Shown here: positions 56,204 through 64,000 of the stretch, piece after piece
How positions within the stretch are numbered: position 1 is the first letter of the stretch
Layout: each line of letters starts with the position of its first letter
Origin: a virus
Strand: one strand, 5' to 3'
DNA length: 64,000 bases
IMG/VR virus record: IMGVR_UViG_3300004369_000008
Location: 1-64,000 of that record
Program-made: the position numbers and the translations under genes
Notes under the pieces: generated by a model
Seen by the model: the letters and a program-made list of their open reading frames with translations, nothing else
Databases searched by the model: none
What the model was told of the DNA's origin: nothing

Positions 56204-57148
56204 ATGGTTTATTCCAACAAATTTGTGATGTGTGTCTTGCTCAATGGCAAGCCACTGGAAGAACTGGCCAATGGCCAAGTGAAACTTCCCTTCGGTACTG
56301 AGTATGCTTTAAGACTCCGCAACCGAAACAACCGCCGAGCGGTCGTCAAACTCTACATCGACGGCGAAAACGTCTCTGCTGGCGGATATGTTGTTCCCGC
56401 TAACAACTTCATCGATATCAAGCGTCACCATGACGTGGATCGAGCTTTCAAGTTCGTTTCCCTCGACAGTGAAGATGCTATCGACTTCGGAAAAAATGGT
56501 CCGAACGAAGATAAGGTAAAGGGAACCATTGAGGCTCGCTTCTATCTGGAGAAAGAGCAACCACAGGTGGTCTATCGTGATGTTCACCATCATCACCACC
56601 CAGTGCCACGTCCTCAGCCATGGCCAAATCCTTATCCATTAAGACCATATTACACATGTGGCGGGGAAGGGTTAGAAGGATTGAGAACCACATGTGGTGG
56701 CGGTTCAAGTGGCCAAAGTTATAGCAACTCGCTATCGTTTGAAGGTGGCGGAACTCAAAACTCTGCTGGAGCATCATTCAATGCTGCTCCTGAAACAACA
56801 CTGTCATTCAGTGGTGACGTTGCCCCAGCATCATTCAATGCTGCTCCTCTCAAGGATGGCTGTACGGTTGAAGGATATGTCACCGGCCAGAGTTTCACGT
56901 CAACATGGATTGACACCGAAGAAACCTACACCAGTGTCAAAGTCTTTCTCCAAGGATTTGAGGAAGAAAAGCCAGTTTCCGTCGCAAAGCCCTCTAAGAA
57001 GAAAAGTCGAAACGGGAGCAGAAGACGCCCAACGAACAAAGATGTTCGTCTCGATGATCTTGAGGCAGAGAACGAAGAACTTCGCCGGAAACTTGCTGAA
57101 ATTGAGAACGAAAAACTCAAAGCAAAACTCAAAGAATCTGAGAAGTAA
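56204..57148 (+). CDS. Conserved phage hypothetical protein with His/Pro-rich linker and coiled-coil tail
   Basis: LPFGTEY..RLRN...RRAVV..YIDG; RBS AAGGAG. Confidence 0.7.
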   Translation: MVYSNKFVMCVLLNGKPLEELANGQVKLPFGTEYALRLRNRNNRRAVVKLYIDGENVSAGGYVVPANNFIDIKRHHDVDRAFKFVSLDSEDAIDFGKNGPNEDKVKGTIEARFYLEKEQPQVVYRDVHHHHHPVPRPQPWPNPYPLRPYYTCGGEGLEGLRTTCGGGSSGQSYSNSLSFEGGGTQNSAGASFNAAPETTLSFSGDVAPASFNAAPLKDGCTVEGYVTGQSFTSTWIDTEETYTSVKVFLQGFEEEKPVSVAKPSKKKSRNGSRRRPTNKDVRLDDLEAENEELRRKLAEIENEKLKAKLKESEK

Positions 57149-57170
57149 CGAGAACTGTTCATAGAAGCAG

Positions 57171-57203
57171 AGAAAGCCCACCTCATCGGTGGGCTTTCTT
57201 TTT
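57171..57203 (+). terminator. Intrinsic terminator
   Basis: AGAAAGCCCACC-TCATC-GGTGGGCTTTCTTTT. Confidence 0.85.
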
Positions 57204-57229
57204 GTCCCAAACAAAATTTGCACTTTCGG

Positions 57230-57257
57230 TTTACAGCCAGATTTTGAGTCGTAGAAT
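57230..57257 (+). promoter_or_regulatory. Putative early promoter TTTACA-16-(CG)TAGAAT
   Basis: Repeated motif. Confidence 0.65.
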
Positions 57258-57324
57258 AGTCCTGAACCGACAGCAAGGGAGTCTTGTTGTCAGACTCCGA
57301 AGCGAACTTGAAAGGAATAAACAA

Positions 57325-58818
57325 GTGCCATTAGAAACCGAAGAACGACCTCGTGGGAATGAGGAGATCACAGTCGAGCGCCGAGGCGACAGGATCATCA
57401 TTCCCGAGAACATGGAGTTGGCAGACGCCCAAAGATACCTTCGTGAGAAAGAAGAGGAAGAAGAAACATTCGTCGCCGTGGCGGAAGACATTCCGGCATT
57501 CCCCCTCGATGGAGCGGTGGCGTTCTACAACGTCTTACGCCGTCGTTACGGCTGGACGAATCTGAAGCCCACGCCGGGCATGTTCGGAAGCAAGAATCCT
57601 CCTCAAATGATTGGCGTGGCCATTGGTCACAACGAAACTCAGCAAGTCCCTTGGGGGCGATGTGAAGTCCCCAACATCAGCGGTCATTTGGACACGAGCT
57701 TCAACTTCAACGAAGTGGGACTGCCAATTTTCCGACTGAATGGACAAGTCAAGCGGAAACACGAGAAAGTTGTGGCTGAGATTGCCAAGGATGTCCGAAA
57801 AGAAGTTGCGAAGAGCAGCATCTACAAAGGCAAGGCCATTCGTATCAACTTTCGTGACGCCGAAGGAGATAAGATCACCGACTTCACACCGGCATTCTCT
57901 CCCGTGTTCCTCGATATGGAGAAGCACAGCAAGCAGGTTCTCATCTACTCTGAAGCAACACGCAAGGTTGTCCAGACGAATTTGTTGAACCCTGTGCAGA
58001 ACACGGAGAAGTGTCGCAAAATCGGCATTCCTCTGCGTCGTGGGGTTCTCCTGTCCGGCAGTTACGGAACAGGAAAGACCCTCACTGGCTACCAATTGGC
58101 CTCCGAGTGCATCCAGAACGACTGGACCTTCATCTATCTGGAAGACGTGCGTGATCTCGACATGGCTCTGAGCTTTGCTCGGATGTACATGCCATGCGTT
58201 CTCTTCTCAGAAGACGTGGATCGCTGCGTGGCCGGTCCTCGCACGCCTGAGATGGACAAGATTCTCAACACCCTCGACGGCATCACGTCGAAGGATACTG
58301 AGATCATGGTCGTTCTCACCACAAACCACAAGGACTTCATCAATCCGGCGTTTGTGCGACCGGGGCGAATGGACACAGTGGTTGAAGTCGGCGCACCAGA
58401 TGAATCTGCTGTCCTCAAACTGATACGATCCTACGGAACACAAGAACAAGACTGTGTGATCGAAGCCAGCGACAACGAGATTCTGGAAGCGGTCATTCCG
58501 ATCAAGGGAGCGAACGCCGCCTTCTTCCGAGAAGTCGTCGAACGAGCCAAACTGAGCGCAATCACGCACAGCGATGGTGAGGTCGTCACAATTCGTCCAG
58601 AAGACTTGAACTCGGCAGCGTTGACGCTCAAGGATCACGTCCGAATGCTTCAACCGGAACTCGGAGAGGCGGCTGAAGAGTATCAGCAGATCGATCCGAT
58701 GAAAATGATGATGGACATTGCCACCGACTACTTTGTGTCGGCCTTTGTCCACAAGCTCGCCAACCCCAAGGTCTTGGAGAAGATTCTCTTCAAGAAGGGC
58801 GGCAAGAAGAAGATGTAG
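57325..58818 (+). CDS. Classical-clade AAA ATPase
   Basis: GVLLSGSYGTGKT, FSEDVD, LNTLDG, TTN, RPGRMD; GTG start after AAGGA. Confidence 0.9.
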   Translation: MPLETEERPRGNEEITVERRGDRIIIPENMELADAQRYLREKEEEEETFVAVAEDIPAFPLDGAVAFYNVLRRRYGWTNLKPTPGMFGSKNPPQMIGVAIGHNETQQVPWGRCEVPNISGHLDTSFNFNEVGLPIFRLNGQVKRKHEKVVAEIAKDVRKEVAKSSIYKGKAIRINFRDAEGDKITDFTPAFSPVFLDMEKHSKQVLIYSEATRKVVQTNLLNPVQNTEKCRKIGIPLRRGVLLSGSYGTGKTLTGYQLASECIQNDWTFIYLEDVRDLDMALSFARMYMPCVLFSEDVDRCVAGPRTPEMDKILNTLDGITSKDTEIMVVLTTNHKDFINPAFVRPGRMDTVVEVGAPDESAVLKLIRSYGTQEQDCVIEASDNEILEAVIPIKGANAAFFREVVERAKLSAITHSDGEVVTIRPEDLNSAALTLKDHVRMLQPELGEAAEEYQQIDPMKMMMDIATDYFVSAFVHKLANPKVLEKILFKKGGKKKM

Positions 58819-58847
58819 GAAAGAACTGACGGTCGGTTCGCTTCGGG

Positions 58848-58882
58848 GAAACCCGGCTCAGAAATGAGCCGGGTTTCTTTTT
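58848..58882 (+). terminator. Intrinsic terminator
   Basis: GAAACCCGGCTCA-GAAA-TGAGCCGGGTTTCTTTT. Confidence 0.88.
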
Positions 58883-58996
58883 GCAATTTTTGGAATGACC
58901 GTATATCTTAGACAGACAACATTTGCATCTATGCCAAGAGCGACTTCGGGCCTTTCTTGAAAACGCCCGAGTCGCTCTTTCCAGAGAATGATAAGC

Positions 58997-59179
58997 TTAG
59001 ATTTTTCGCTCATACTCTTTGCCCTTCACCAATGCCTCTTGTGTTTCGCACATGGGGCATTGTTTATTGGGAGCTTCTTGATTGTCACACAAGTCGATCA
59101 CCAATTTGTGGTGACAACTTTTGCATTCGTGCCAATAAGGTGTTGATTTCATTTTTGTTCCTCGACGAAGAGATCGCAT
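58997..59179 (-). CDS. Small Zn-ribbon (FmdB-like) protein
   Basis: HECKSC...QCPMC. Confidence 0.5.
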   Translation of the reverse strand: MRSLRRGTKMKSTPYWHECKSCHHKLVIDLCDNQEAPNKQCPMCETQEALVKGKEYERKI

Positions 59180-59413
59180 TCATTCCTCCACCAGCCAACC
59201 CAGATGGTTGGCTACAAATTTCGCTGGGGCGACACCCGGCAAGTCTGCCTTTTGAGCCAGTTCAGCCCAAGTCACATGCAGCTTCCGCTTTGTGCCTTTC
59301 CTTCTTAGCTCGACCCCGCTTTGCGTCACTGTCACGACGACAGGGCCTTCTTGATTCACTTCGTCCTTCATCGTCACTTCTCGGACGACTGCCTTTGTCA
59401 ATTTCGTGGCCAT
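59180..59413 (-). CDS. Small hypothetical protein
   Basis: RBS GGAG; coupled ORF. Confidence 0.6.
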   Translation of the reverse strand: MATKLTKAVVREVTMKDEVNQEGPVVVTVTQSGVELRRKGTKRKLHVTWAELAQKADLPGVAPAKFVANHLGWLVEE

Positions 59414-59777
59414 GATTTTTCTCCAAATAACTGGCTGCGTTTCTTAAGAATACAGGATTGTCTCGTAAAAGTCCAATCCCTTTGTTGCATTTCGTGCAGA
59501 GAAGGCCACGAACCAACCCGGTTGCATGGTCATGATCTACTGTGAGACACTGCACTTCGTTCGTCGAGTGATGCTTTACAACTTCTGGTTGCTTGCAGAT
59601 GGCACAAACGCCATCTTGCTCATCAAACAACTCGTCATATTGCTCAGGTGTGATTCCGAAGAACTTCTTAAGGTTTTGACGACGATTGAACTGACTTCGC
59701 TCTTCGTCTGTCATATCCCAATACCAACTCTTCTTGAGGCTTATCTTGTTTACACATACAACACCAAGATAAACCAA
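59262..59777 (-). CDS. Endonuclease VII-like HNH protein
   Basis: YDELFDEQDGVCAIC, VDHDHATGLVRGLLCTKCN.GIG. Confidence 0.85.
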   Translation of the reverse strand: MVYLGVVCVNKISLKKSWYWDMTDEERSQFNRRQNLKKFFGITPEQYDELFDEQDGVCAICKQPEVVKHHSTNEVQCLTVDHDHATGLVRGLLCTKCNKGIGLLRDNPVFLRNAASYLEKNHGHEIDKGSRPRSDDEGRSESRRPCRRDSDAKRGRAKKERHKAEAACDLG

Positions 59778-59785
59778 GTTCCTTC

Positions 59786-60058
59786 CTAATCCTCGACCTT
59801 TCCCTCTGCTCCTTCGTTGGCATGTTCTATGACTTCAACCTTTCCATAACATTCAACCCACACCCTCGCTCCGCAGGGCAACGGCTCGTCAGGACTGTAG
59901 ACAACCTTCGCCACCACATTACCCAGAGTATCATAAACTAATGCTTCATGTCCATACCTATTCTCTTTGTAATTTTTACAGGTAATGACAGGTTCTCTTT
60001 CGCCAGTCTTCATATTACGGCGAATTTTGTGTTGATTTACATGTATGATTGTCTTCAT
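59786..60058 (-). CDS. Conserved small phage protein
   Basis: IHVNQHKIR.N...VVYSP..PLPCGARVW. Confidence 0.7.
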   Translation of the reverse strand: MKTIIHVNQHKIRRNMKTGEREPVITCKNYKENRYGHEALVYDTLGNVVAKVVYSPDEPLPCGARVWVECYGKVEVIEHANEGAEGKVED

Positions 60059-60128
60059 ATCCCTCCTTAGCAATCAAGCTTAGTCAAAACCAATCCGCTC
60101 TTTGTAAAGTGATTGACTGGAGTACGAC

Positions 60129-60671
60129 TCATTGCTCCTCCTTGAACCAGAACTTATCATCTGTTTTTTCAAACAGGTCTTCCAACTTAATGATTCTCCA
60201 ATTTTTGTAACGGATCAAAAAATCAAAACCATGATCTAAGAAGTGTTCTGCTTTGACCATGGCAACCCATGGCTTGCGACTTCTTTTCCAACAGATGATT
60301 GGTTTGCGACCACTCTGGCCCTCGTCATTTTCAGACTGTTCGATGAAGGCGTCCAATCTGGAGATGCCATCAAAGATGCCATTCAGATCGATCTCCTTGT
60401 CGTACCCGCCTTTACATTCAATTACCCAGAGAAAGTCTTCTGGGGCACAGATATCACCTACCAGAGTCTTCTTCGCATGTTCTGGCATGTGATGAACCTG
60501 ACTCCAGCGATTACCTGAGCCAACAGATCGTGAAAACTCCTTGCCAAAATGTTTAGTGAGAAGCTTGCACAATTCCAATTCGACTCTATTTCCCTTTTTC
60601 TTACCATTGATCTTCTTCTTTACTGTCTTCTCTTCCAAGATGTCTTCGATAAACAGATCATTTTCATCCAT
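60129..60671 (-). CDS. PD-(D/E)xK Holliday-junction resolvase-like nuclease
   Basis: KGNRVELE, RSVGSG, GDI, IECK. Confidence 0.75.
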   Translation of the reverse strand: MDENDLFIEDILEEKTVKKKINGKKKGNRVELELCKLLTKHFGKEFSRSVGSGNRWSQVHHMPEHAKKTLVGDICAPEDFLWVIECKGGYDKEIDLNGIFDGISRLDAFIEQSENDEGQSGRKPIICWKRSRKPWVAMVKAEHFLDHGFDFLIRYKNWRIIKLEDLFEKTDDKFWFKEEQ

Positions 60672-60678
60672 GTTGCTC

Positions 60679-61995
60679 CTAGTAGCTGTTTAGGCTTCTT
60701 ATCGCCCCCTCCAATTCTTGCTTCACATGTCTGAGAGACTCCAGACCATCTTCATAGTCATTGTCTTTCAGAGAAGCTTCGAGGAAGGAGTTTCCAAGTT
60801 GCGCACCGAAGTCGCTCAAAAGATGATCGATCTCGGTGATAATGTCTTCGTGTTCTGTGCCCTTATATTCTTGACCTTCCCACCCATAAAACTCCCTATA
60901 ATCAGGATCGTCATGTCCATGTCCATGTCCATGTCCACAAGATGCACCTGTGCCATGATAAGGAATTATGTGACCTTGCGGACTATGTGTTGGAGGTCTA
61001 TAGGGCGGCATCCTGTACTTCGTCGAATCGCTCGAAGAAGTTGCTGCTTTATTAGAAGAGTAAATCACTCGATCTTCTTCATCTAATTGTGAAATTATCG
61101 GCAATTGATGTACCGGCTCTTTGATTTGACAGAAATCACCCTTTTCCCAAACAGAACTTGAGTTACTGATGTCGATGTCAAATTTGGCGTAGCTATCCTC
61201 TCCGTAACCCACGCAAGGGTTATCTTTGTCGATCTTAAAGAACCAGACCTGACCTACAGGAATCTCGATCAAAGAATTCATACTTTCACAGGCACTCTTG
61301 AGTGTGTCAGAAGACGCTACGGCACGATACCAAATCTCAGGTGAGGAAAAGAAGAATATCTGGCCTAGCGTATCTCTTACGTCTGCAATCCACAGAGGAC
61401 GGTGCTGGTTCCTAAAAAGGAACAGATATCGTGTGTCTGGATCGACATATTCTCCAAAAGCAACCGCCATCGCTCCTTCGTGAACAAGAGACCAAATATC
61501 TTTCAATCCCTTGAGTCGTGCGGCTGCGCCCGCTTCAATATCCAATTCATCTTCATCTTCTGATCCATGTTCGTACATGCGAAGCAAAACTTCAGAGTCA
61601 GTATCGGATCGAATCTGATACTTCTCTTTTAGAAAGTCTGCTTCACTCACTCTGCCATTGTGGATCATGCCGATACTGTGGTCAGACGACACGAACGGGT
61701 GGTTATTCTTGTTGTTACTGGCATGGCCCACACCGGGCGAGGTGGCCCGAGCGTGCATGAGCAAAAGATTGGGCTTCAGCTTCTCAAGCTTCTTCCAGAT
61801 GTCGAGCTTGATGAAGTTGCTGGAACGACCGGGTTCTTTGTGATAGATAACCCGATTCTTTTTGCCAGCTTCGGTGCCCCAAATTCCAGCGGCGTCTGTG
61901 CCTCTTAACTCTAAATAGTCAAAGAGACAAGACGCCAATTCGTATGTGATTTTTGGCTTTTTGCTCTTACCAATGTATCCTGCAATTCCGCAAAT
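60679..61995 (-). CDS. Class II (Ntn) glutamine amidotransferase; probable ATT start
   Basis: CGIAG, RGTDAAG, HARAT, NNHPF, HNG, TDSEV; RBS GAGAGGTG 4-6 nt before ATT-TGC. Confidence 0.82.
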   Translation of the reverse strand: MCGIAGYIGKSKKPKITYELASCLFDYLELRGTDAAGIWGTEAGKKNRVIYHKEPGRSSNFIKLDIWKKLEKLKPNLLLMHARATSPGVGHASNNKNNHPFVSSDHSIGMIHNGRVSEADFLKEKYQIRSDTDSEVLLRMYEHGSEDEDELDIEAGAAARLKGLKDIWSLVHEGAMAVAFGEYVDPDTRYLFLFRNQHRPLWIADVRDTLGQIFFFSSPEIWYRAVASSDTLKSACESMNSLIEIPVGQVWFFKIDKDNPCVGYGEDSYAKFDIDISNSSSVWEKGDFCQIKEPVHQLPIISQLDEEDRVIYSSNKAATSSSDSTKYRMPPYRPPTHSPQGHIIPYHGTGASCGHGHGHGHDDPDYREFYGWEGQEYKGTEHEDIITEIDHLLSDFGAQLGNSFLEASLKDNDYEDGLESLRHVKQELEGAIRSLNSY

Positions 61996-62009
61996 GGTAC
62001 ACCTCTCTT

Positions 62010-62320
62010 TCAAAGTTCAATCTTTGTCAATCTATTCTTGATTGAACAGGCTTTTCTTCCAAGATTCAAAGCAAGTTCACGACGTGTCATCTCGTGATAA
62101 TTCTCTTTGATAAATTGGTCTTCCTCAAAAGAGAATCGACCTGTTCTGGAACAAAATCAACAAGATGTTGCAAAAGCTTTTGTTTTCTTTCAAGACAGAA
62201 ACTTCCATTTTTATACATGTTATCTCTAAAACAAGCAAGCTCTTCTTTTCTTTCTATGATCCATCTGTAATTCTGTCAACTCGAATTTCACAACCCAATC
62301 CAACACGATTTTTCATCAAT
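62010..62320 (-). pseudogene. Decayed homing-endonuclease-like remnant
   Basis: Frameshift-separated pieces YRWIIERKEELACFRDNMYKNGSFCLERKQK (LAGLIDADG-like tail) and FSFEEDQFIKENY...ELALNLGR...IKNRL (HTH/Myb-like). Confidence 0.45.
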
Positions 62321-62378
62321 ATATTCACCGAGCAAGGTCATAGATACAGAAGAAATCGTAGTTTTTAAGGGGTAAAGC

Positions 62379-63239
62379 ATGAAGTTCACTTTTCTTGATT
62401 GGGTAGACAGAAAACAACCAGAGGACCAAAGTTGGTCTGACGATGGTTCTGTAGACTTCCTTTCAGAACCAGAACTTGCTTACCAGAGCGGCGATTACTG
62501 GGTCATCACCAATTCCGGCAGGTTTCTCAAGGATATCATTAAGATGCCCAAGAGAGGTACAGATGAAAAACCAGAACTCCTTCGAACACATCCTTTGAAG
62601 TACAGCCTCTTCCATGTTGATGGAATCGAAGGCCAAACAGTTAAGATGAGTCGTCCAGAGGACAAGTATGCTGCCATCAGAGATCAGAAAAGGTCATATT
62701 CTGGAGGCGCACAAAGACACACTGAGATCGCCAACTTGGTAGATGTGACCGCATCTTTCAGAATGCTTGGAATCGGAAATGCTGGCGACAATAACAGGTA
62801 CTTTATTGACAAATCAAAGTCAACAATGAACAGAATGAGGCCGCAAGAATTCCAGAGACGACTAGAAGCTTTCATTACTTTGACCAAAGGAAAATCTGCC
62901 TACAATCCCATTCCTCAAACAAGTGATGAGAGAAGCTTGATCCGAAATCTCAAGAAGCTGGATGATTTGATTCGATCTGGTGTTTTGAATACCAATGCAA
63001 ATGCTTTGACAACTCCAGAAGTTGTAGCGATCTTGAATCATCCTAATGCTCAGCCAATGGCACATAAATTTGGACTGACGCATATTTTGCAGTACATGCA
63101 GATGCCTACTCAAGCTGCATCGATTCCCACGCAAACATCGGCTCCGGTTACTCAAGAAAACCGGACTTGGAGAAGTGAACCTCGTCCTGTTTATCTTAAT
63201 GAAGGACGAAAGTTCTTCTCATACTATCCAGAGCGTTAG
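62379..63239 (+). CDS. Hypothetical late protein (possible internal head protein)
   Basis: CATAGATA motif; MKFTFLDW N-terminus; LNE near the C-terminus. Confidence 0.65.
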   Translation: MKFTFLDWVDRKQPEDQSWSDDGSVDFLSEPELAYQSGDYWVITNSGRFLKDIIKMPKRGTDEKPELLRTHPLKYSLFHVDGIEGQTVKMSRPEDKYAAIRDQKRSYSGGAQRHTEIANLVDVTASFRMLGIGNAGDNNRYFIDKSKSTMNRMRPQEFQRRLEAFITLTKGKSAYNPIPQTSDERSLIRNLKKLDDLIRSGVLNTNANALTTPEVVAILNHPNAQPMAHKFGLTHILQYMQMPTQAASIPTQTSAPVTQENRTWRSEPRPVYLNEGRKFFSYYPER

Positions 63240-63409
63240 AGTCCCAATCGTTTGAGAATATCGTAAATTGCCACTGGAAGTAAAGAAAGAAGACTGACCA
63301 CAGCTATGGCCATCCAATGAAGCTTTTCATATCCCTGTTCAATATCTCCAGCAACAAAGACGCTCCACAAAACAAACATGATGATGTATGTGACGAGATA
63401 TTTTAGCAT
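63236..63409 (-). CDS. 57-aa two-TM membrane protein
   Basis: MLKYLVTYIIMFVLWSVFVAG...WMAIAVVSLLSLLPVAIY; abuts the upstream stop. Confidence 0.5.
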   Translation of the reverse strand: MLKYLVTYIIMFVLWSVFVAGDIEQGYEKLHWMAIAVVSLLSLLPVAIYDILKRLGL

Positions 63410-63928
63410 TTACATTGCGGGTGGCTGCATTGGTGGCTGCATTGGTGGCTGCATTGGTGGCTGCATTGGTGGCTGACCAACCTGAGCATTTGGATCAGGC
63501 TGTGGAGGTTGTTGTGAAGGACCGTCTCCTGTAAGCTCAAAATCAGACTGGTCGATATCTTCGCCACCCATTTGTTCAGGTGGAGCTTTGAGATTATTAA
63601 CCTTAACTCCCAGTTGTCCTGAGATGCTTTCAAGTTCTTGAACAGCCGTAGGGAGAATTTGTTTCAAGTCTCCCTTGTATTCAATCGTTTTCTTGATGGC
63701 GACGGCAACACGTTGCAATTTTTGTAAATGCTTCTCAGATTTGCTGCTCCAATGACTGTGCAGTATCTTCCTGATCTGATTGACCACGTTGTTGGCCAAG
63801 CGATTGAGATGCCTTGATCCCATGTTTTCCATGTCTTGCTGAAGCTCTTGCGCAGCAGTTAAGACATCCCCGACCCGGTTGCCGAGGTAGTTTTTCTCTT
63901 CGTTGATTAGAAAATGTTTGAAGCTCAT
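63410..63928 (-). CDS. Hypothetical late protein with (PPMQ)n tail
   Basis: CTAAATA + AGGAG; MSFKHFLINEE; 12-bp tandem repeat at about 63420-63477. Confidence 0.7.
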   Translation of the reverse strand: MSFKHFLINEEKNYLGNRVGDVLTAAQELQQDMENMGSRHLNRLANNVVNQIRKILHSHWSSKSEKHLQKLQRVAVAIKKTIEYKGDLKQILPTAVQELESISGQLGVKVNNLKAPPEQMGGEDIDQSDFELTGDGPSQQPPQPDPNAQVGQPPMQPPMQPPMQPPMQPPAM

Positions 63929-64000
63929 GACTCCTTATTTAGACCATTGGCTGCGGCTTTCACCAAACCATCGAAAAGAGGAGCGGGATTTCCCAAACGG

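Noticed and set aside
63420-63477. 12-bp tandem repeat as an iteron or origin
   Set aside because: It encodes the (PPMQ)n low-complexity tail of the minus-strand gene
1-64000. Stop-codon reassignment, as in some jumbo phages
   Set aside because: Conserved genes are full length in the standard code, and TAA, TAG and TGA all terminate genes at sensible positions
1-64000. tRNA or rRNA genes
   Set aside because: No cloverleaf with a proper T-loop and acceptor stem seen by eye in the intergenic gaps; tRNAscan-SE would be needed to exclude them fully

Overview
This is a 64-kb segment of a large, T4-like contractile-tailed (jumbo-type) bacteriophage genome read in the standard genetic code. Virion genes include neck gp13/gp14-like, tail terminator gp15-like, sheath gp18, four tandem gp19-like tube paralogs, gp26/gp51-like hub genes and a 5'-truncated Gly/Thr repeat fibre protein. 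It also carries a gp55-like late sigma factor, an NAD+ salvage cluster (pncA, pncB, Nudix, Gln-dependent nadE), RNA-repair genes (HD + CCA-adding enzyme, DRB0094/Rnl5-type ligase), a family-4 UDG, about nine glycosyltransferase-like genes, a sulfotransferase, two AAA+ ATPases, a resolvase, a class II amidotransferase and several intact or decayed homing endonucleases. Most notable: (1) two copies of a divergent 'HTH regulator / small structural subunit' module in which each HTH ends in a peptide mimicking the fibre protein's repeat unit; (2) HNH genes that duplicate the C-terminus of the upstream gene and carry RBS-sequestering hairpins; (3) a deamidating NAD+ salvage route distinct from NARP1/NARP2; (4) a T TTT TTC -1 frameshift signal joining the gp26-like and gp51-like ORFs; (5) an apparent ATT start codon. 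All functional calls come from motif recognition by eye; no database searches were run.
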